Source: Octopus vulgaris (lineage: Eukaryota). From it: a stretch of DNA of 64,000 nt. Both the position numbers and the translations under genes were made by a program. Below, in pieces: positions 60,363 to 64,000 of the stretch. The stretch is from positions 37,448,001 through 37,512,000 of the forward strand of contig OX597829.1 in NCBI GenBank assembly GCA_951406725.2, read 5' to 3'. Position 1 is the first letter of the stretch. The number at the start of each line of letters is the position of its first letter. The notes under the pieces are model-generated. The model made no database searches. It was not told the origin of the DNA and was given only the letters and a program-made list of their open reading frames with translations.

Positions 60363-61329
60363 ACACTACTTAAAAAGCTGGTACTGTTGCTTATATCCCA
60401 TAACTTAGCAGTTTGACAAATAGAGGATGATAAAATGAGTACTCATCTAGAAGTATAAGGGCTGATGTGATTGGTTAAGCCCTTGATGCCCAGTTTGGGC
60501 ATAGTCCAATGAGTAAAAGCATTCAAAAGAATGAATTAATCAATTAGTCATCATTAAAGAAGCTACAACAAGATCAGTGGACCAGTTAGAAATAGCAGCC
60601 AAGCCTCCTTAAAATAAATAAAACTGCTAGATAATATTGATTTCAAATTTTAGCACAAGGCCAGCAGTTTCAGGAATTAGGATAAGTCGATTACATTGAC
60701 CCCAGTGCTTTTAATAATCTTACTGATCCTGAAAGAATGAAAGGCAAAGTAAACCTTGGCAGCATTTCAACTCAAAACGTAAAGATGGACAAAATACTGC
60801 TAAGCATTTTGCTTGATTCTGCCAGCTCACCACCTTAAATGCTAGATAATATTGTCTGGATGCTCCATGCTTGAAAGAAAGTTGGACCTGGATGATTCTG
60901 GCTGGAATATTTTTGAGCACATGTTTACTGGGTTCAGACCAGACCAGAAATTAAACAACAATAACCAATCATACTACCACCACCATGGGTAGCATCCATG
61001 ATATTTTTATCTTTCTTCACCTTCTTCAACTATATATAAAATGTATTCAATTTTCCTATAGCGGCTTGGCTACCAAGTTTCTCTTATTTTATATATTATA
61101 GCGTATATTTTCTAGTTAGTTTACAGTTAATGCAATGCTACTTATTATATTTCCTATTTGGAAATAGATAAAATTATTTAGCTTTTAAAGTAAGGATAAA
61201 ATAATGATAAAGCCGTCACTTATAACTTACTTAAGTGTTATCATTATACGTAGTCTGAACTTCTGCTATATAAATGCCATAGAGAAATATACTTTCTGGA
61301 ACGCTAACAAACATTAGCAAGCATGTATA

Positions 61330-61741
61330 CTCTCTTTTACTCTTTTACTTGTTTCAGTCATTTGACTGCGGCCATGCTGGAGCACCGCCTTTAGTCGAGC
61401 AAATCGACCCCGGGACTTATTCTTTGTAAGCCCAGTACTTATTCTATCGGTCTCATTTGCCGAACCGCTAAGTGACGGGGACGTAAACACATCAGCATCG
61501 GTTGTCAAGCAATGCTAGGGGGACAAACACAGACACACAAACACATGCACGCATATATATATATATATATATATACATATATACGACGGGCTTCTTTCAG
61601 TTTCCGTCTACCAAATGCACTCACAAGGCATTGGTCGGCCCGAGGCTATAGCAGAAGACACTTGCCCAAGGTGCCACGCAGTGGGACTGAACCCGGAACC
61701 ATGTGGTTGGTAAACAAGCTACTTACCACACAGCCACTCCT
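61330..61741 (-). mobile_element. tRNA-derived CORE-like SINE with internal (TA)n, near full length
   Basis: AGGAGTGGCTGTGTGGTAAG..GGTTCAGTCC..CCTTGGGCAAGT..(GTAAAAGA)n tail. Decayed copies lie near 890, 5360, 6430, 31700, 33720, 47290 and 55740. Confidence 0.85.
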
Positions 61742-62635
61742 ATATGTTAAATATATTTTCATGTTCTTTTAACCGCTATAATATTTTACAGGAGGGAGCA
61801 TGGTGATCATAGAATCTTCCAGGATATTTGAGCCCAATTGGAGAAAAGAAAGGAATTAACCAATACTCGTTGATTGCTACAATAGAAAGCAATGCATTAG
61901 AATAACAAGTTATTCTCAAACCAGAGACTTGATCCAAATCATTGCAAGAAGGGAATCTACTAAAAGCACCCAAGGTTCTGATGTTGATGGTTACCATTTG
62001 ACAGGACGAAGCCTACCAGCCATGTCGTTCCTCTTCTTGAGCCCTTCACTTCCTATGGAAGCATAGACCATCAAAGACTTTTGTCCACTCTTCTTGAATT
62101 TGGACTGTCTTTTCTGCTTCTTTCAGCTCTGCTTCAATATCCTGCCTTCCCTGAGATAAAGCCTTCATCTTTCTGTTCTTGGTTTTTTGAAATGTCAATG
62201 CTTCTGTAACTTTGAGTTTTCTTCTAGGTAGAAATACTGACTCTATGCTGGTGCCATGTAAAAAGTACCCAGCACACTCTGTAAAATGGTTAACATTAAG
62301 AAGGGTATCCAGCAGTAGAAACCAGACCAAAACAGACAATTGGAGTCTGTGTAGCTCTCCAGCTGGCCAGGTCCTGTCAAACTGATATTAAATAATGATG
62401 ATGGAAGAGGTAGTTAATATTAGTCTTGCCTTTATCTTTTGACTTGTCCAGCATGGGAGGCCTTACCAAGAGCTTGCACTCCACTGCAATAACTCTCAGG
62501 GTCACCAAGACACACAGCCCACCATACAGCAACAATGTAATGAACCATGTGGTGGACCAGCTAAGTCTTGATTAAGTCAATCTCCCAAGCTTCTGCCAGA
62601 AGGCTTATGTCAAACAACGGCTATGAGGAAAGGAC

Positions 62636-63010
62636 ATCATCATCATTATCATCATCGTTTAACGTCTGCTTTCCATGCTAGCATGGGTTGGACGATTTTG
62701 ACTGAGGGCTGGCAAACAAGACGGCTGCACCAGGCTCCAATCTTGATCTGGCAGAGTTTCTACAGCTGGATGCCCTTCCTAGTGCCAACCACTCCAAGAG
62801 TGTAGTGGGTGCTTTTTACGTGCCACCGGCACGGGGGCCAGTCAGGCGGTACTGGTAACGACCTCGCGCGAATCTTTTTACAAATGCCACCAGCACAGGT
62901 GCTAGTAAGGCGACGTTGGTAACAATCACACTCGAATGGTGCCCTTTTATGTGCCACCGGCATGGAAGCCAGTTGGCTGCTCTGGCAACAATCACACTCA
63001 GATGGTGCTC
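62636..63010 (-). mobile_element. (GAT)n-tailed RTE-like 3' UTR copy
   Basis: Family core and VNTR. Confidence 0.8.
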
Positions 63011-63449
63011 ATGAGACAGTTTGTCCAAAAGTGTCTCACTGTTAAATTAAAATTGATTGTGAGGTCAACGCTTTAAAACCAAAGTTGAGGTTGGTTTGTA
63101 CCCAGAATTGTTAGCACATCAGGAAAAATACTTAGTAGCATTTCATACATCTTCACATTCTGGGTTCCAATGCTGCTAGGGTTGACCTTATCTTTCATCC
63201 TTTTGGGATCAATAAAATAAGTGCCGGTTGAGCACTAGAGTCCATTTAATCAACTTATCCCTCCCATTCAAATTGCTGGCCTTGTGCCAAAATTTGAAAT
63301 CAATTAAGATGCATCCACTTACCCAGTGACACTTAGCACGGTGTCATTAGTTCTTGTCTTTTTACAAAGAGGGCATGTTGAATATGAGCAGCCAGCAGGT
63401 AATTTCAACTGAAATAAAAACAATGTACAGGATATTTTAGTATTTGGAC

Positions 63450-63476
<27 letters not shown>

Positions 63477-63489
<13 letters not shown>

Positions 63490-63647
63490 TTCGAGACAAA
63501 ACCACTGTTTTGCAAAACAAACAAGGAAAGACTTAATCAATACATAAAAATTTTAATATACTTTATATTAAAATTTTTATGTATTGATTAAGTCTTTCCT
63601 TGTTTGTTTTGCAAAATAGTGGTTTTGTCTCGAATTAATATTATATA
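63477..63647. repeat. Near-perfect palindrome, about 84-bp arms, 3-nt loop
   Basis: Arms 63477-63560 and 63564-63647 with one mismatch, beside (TA)n tracts. Confidence 0.9.
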
Positions 63648-63725
63648 ATATTTTACTATAAAATTGCATTTAATCCTAAATCTGATTTTTTCCCTGTAAA
63701 TTTGGATTTATTCCCTAATATTTAT

Positions 63726-63760
<35 letters not shown>

Positions 63761-64000
63761 TAATAAAGGGTTAATTGCAACAAGTTGCTCAAAACCACAT
63801 GTAAAGAGAAAGAAGACAACGAAATCCCAGCCTATTTGGATTAATTATGGACGAATTCGTTTCTGGATTAGAACCGAAAGTTCATTTCCTTATCAACATA
63901 ATATTTCCTATAAATCTAGAAATGCTAGGAAAAAACTCACCCATTACATCAACTCGACCAGGTGACATCGAACGACATAACGGTCTGCCAGCATCTCCAC

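Overview
AT-rich, intron- and repeat-dense animal genomic DNA. The repeat families look like those of an octopod cephalopod (my recollection, not a database result). Two spliced host genes face each other tail to tail. On + are the last three coding exons of THOC5 (1884-7053). On - is a complete 9-exon CFAP73/CCDC42-family ciliary coiled-coil gene (53360-16769, 310 aa, all splice phases consistent), with an RFX X-box upstream. Almost everything else is transposon-derived: tRNA-derived SINEs, 3' ends of an RTE-like LINE, R4/Dong-like and Penelope-like remnants, and Chapaev3, DD37D/maT, mariner, pogo, piggyBac and GG-ended MITEs, plus many hairpins and VNTRs. The most unusual signals are (i) at least six different short repeat types carrying Penelope-type minimal hammerhead-ribozyme motifs, one with an apparently swapped G3:C8 core pair, (ii) a possible duplicated alternative first exon of CFAP73, and (iii) VNTR-containing composite or foldback elements. 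Coordinates were read by hand. Exon edges were checked by frame; repeat edges may be off by a few to tens of bases.
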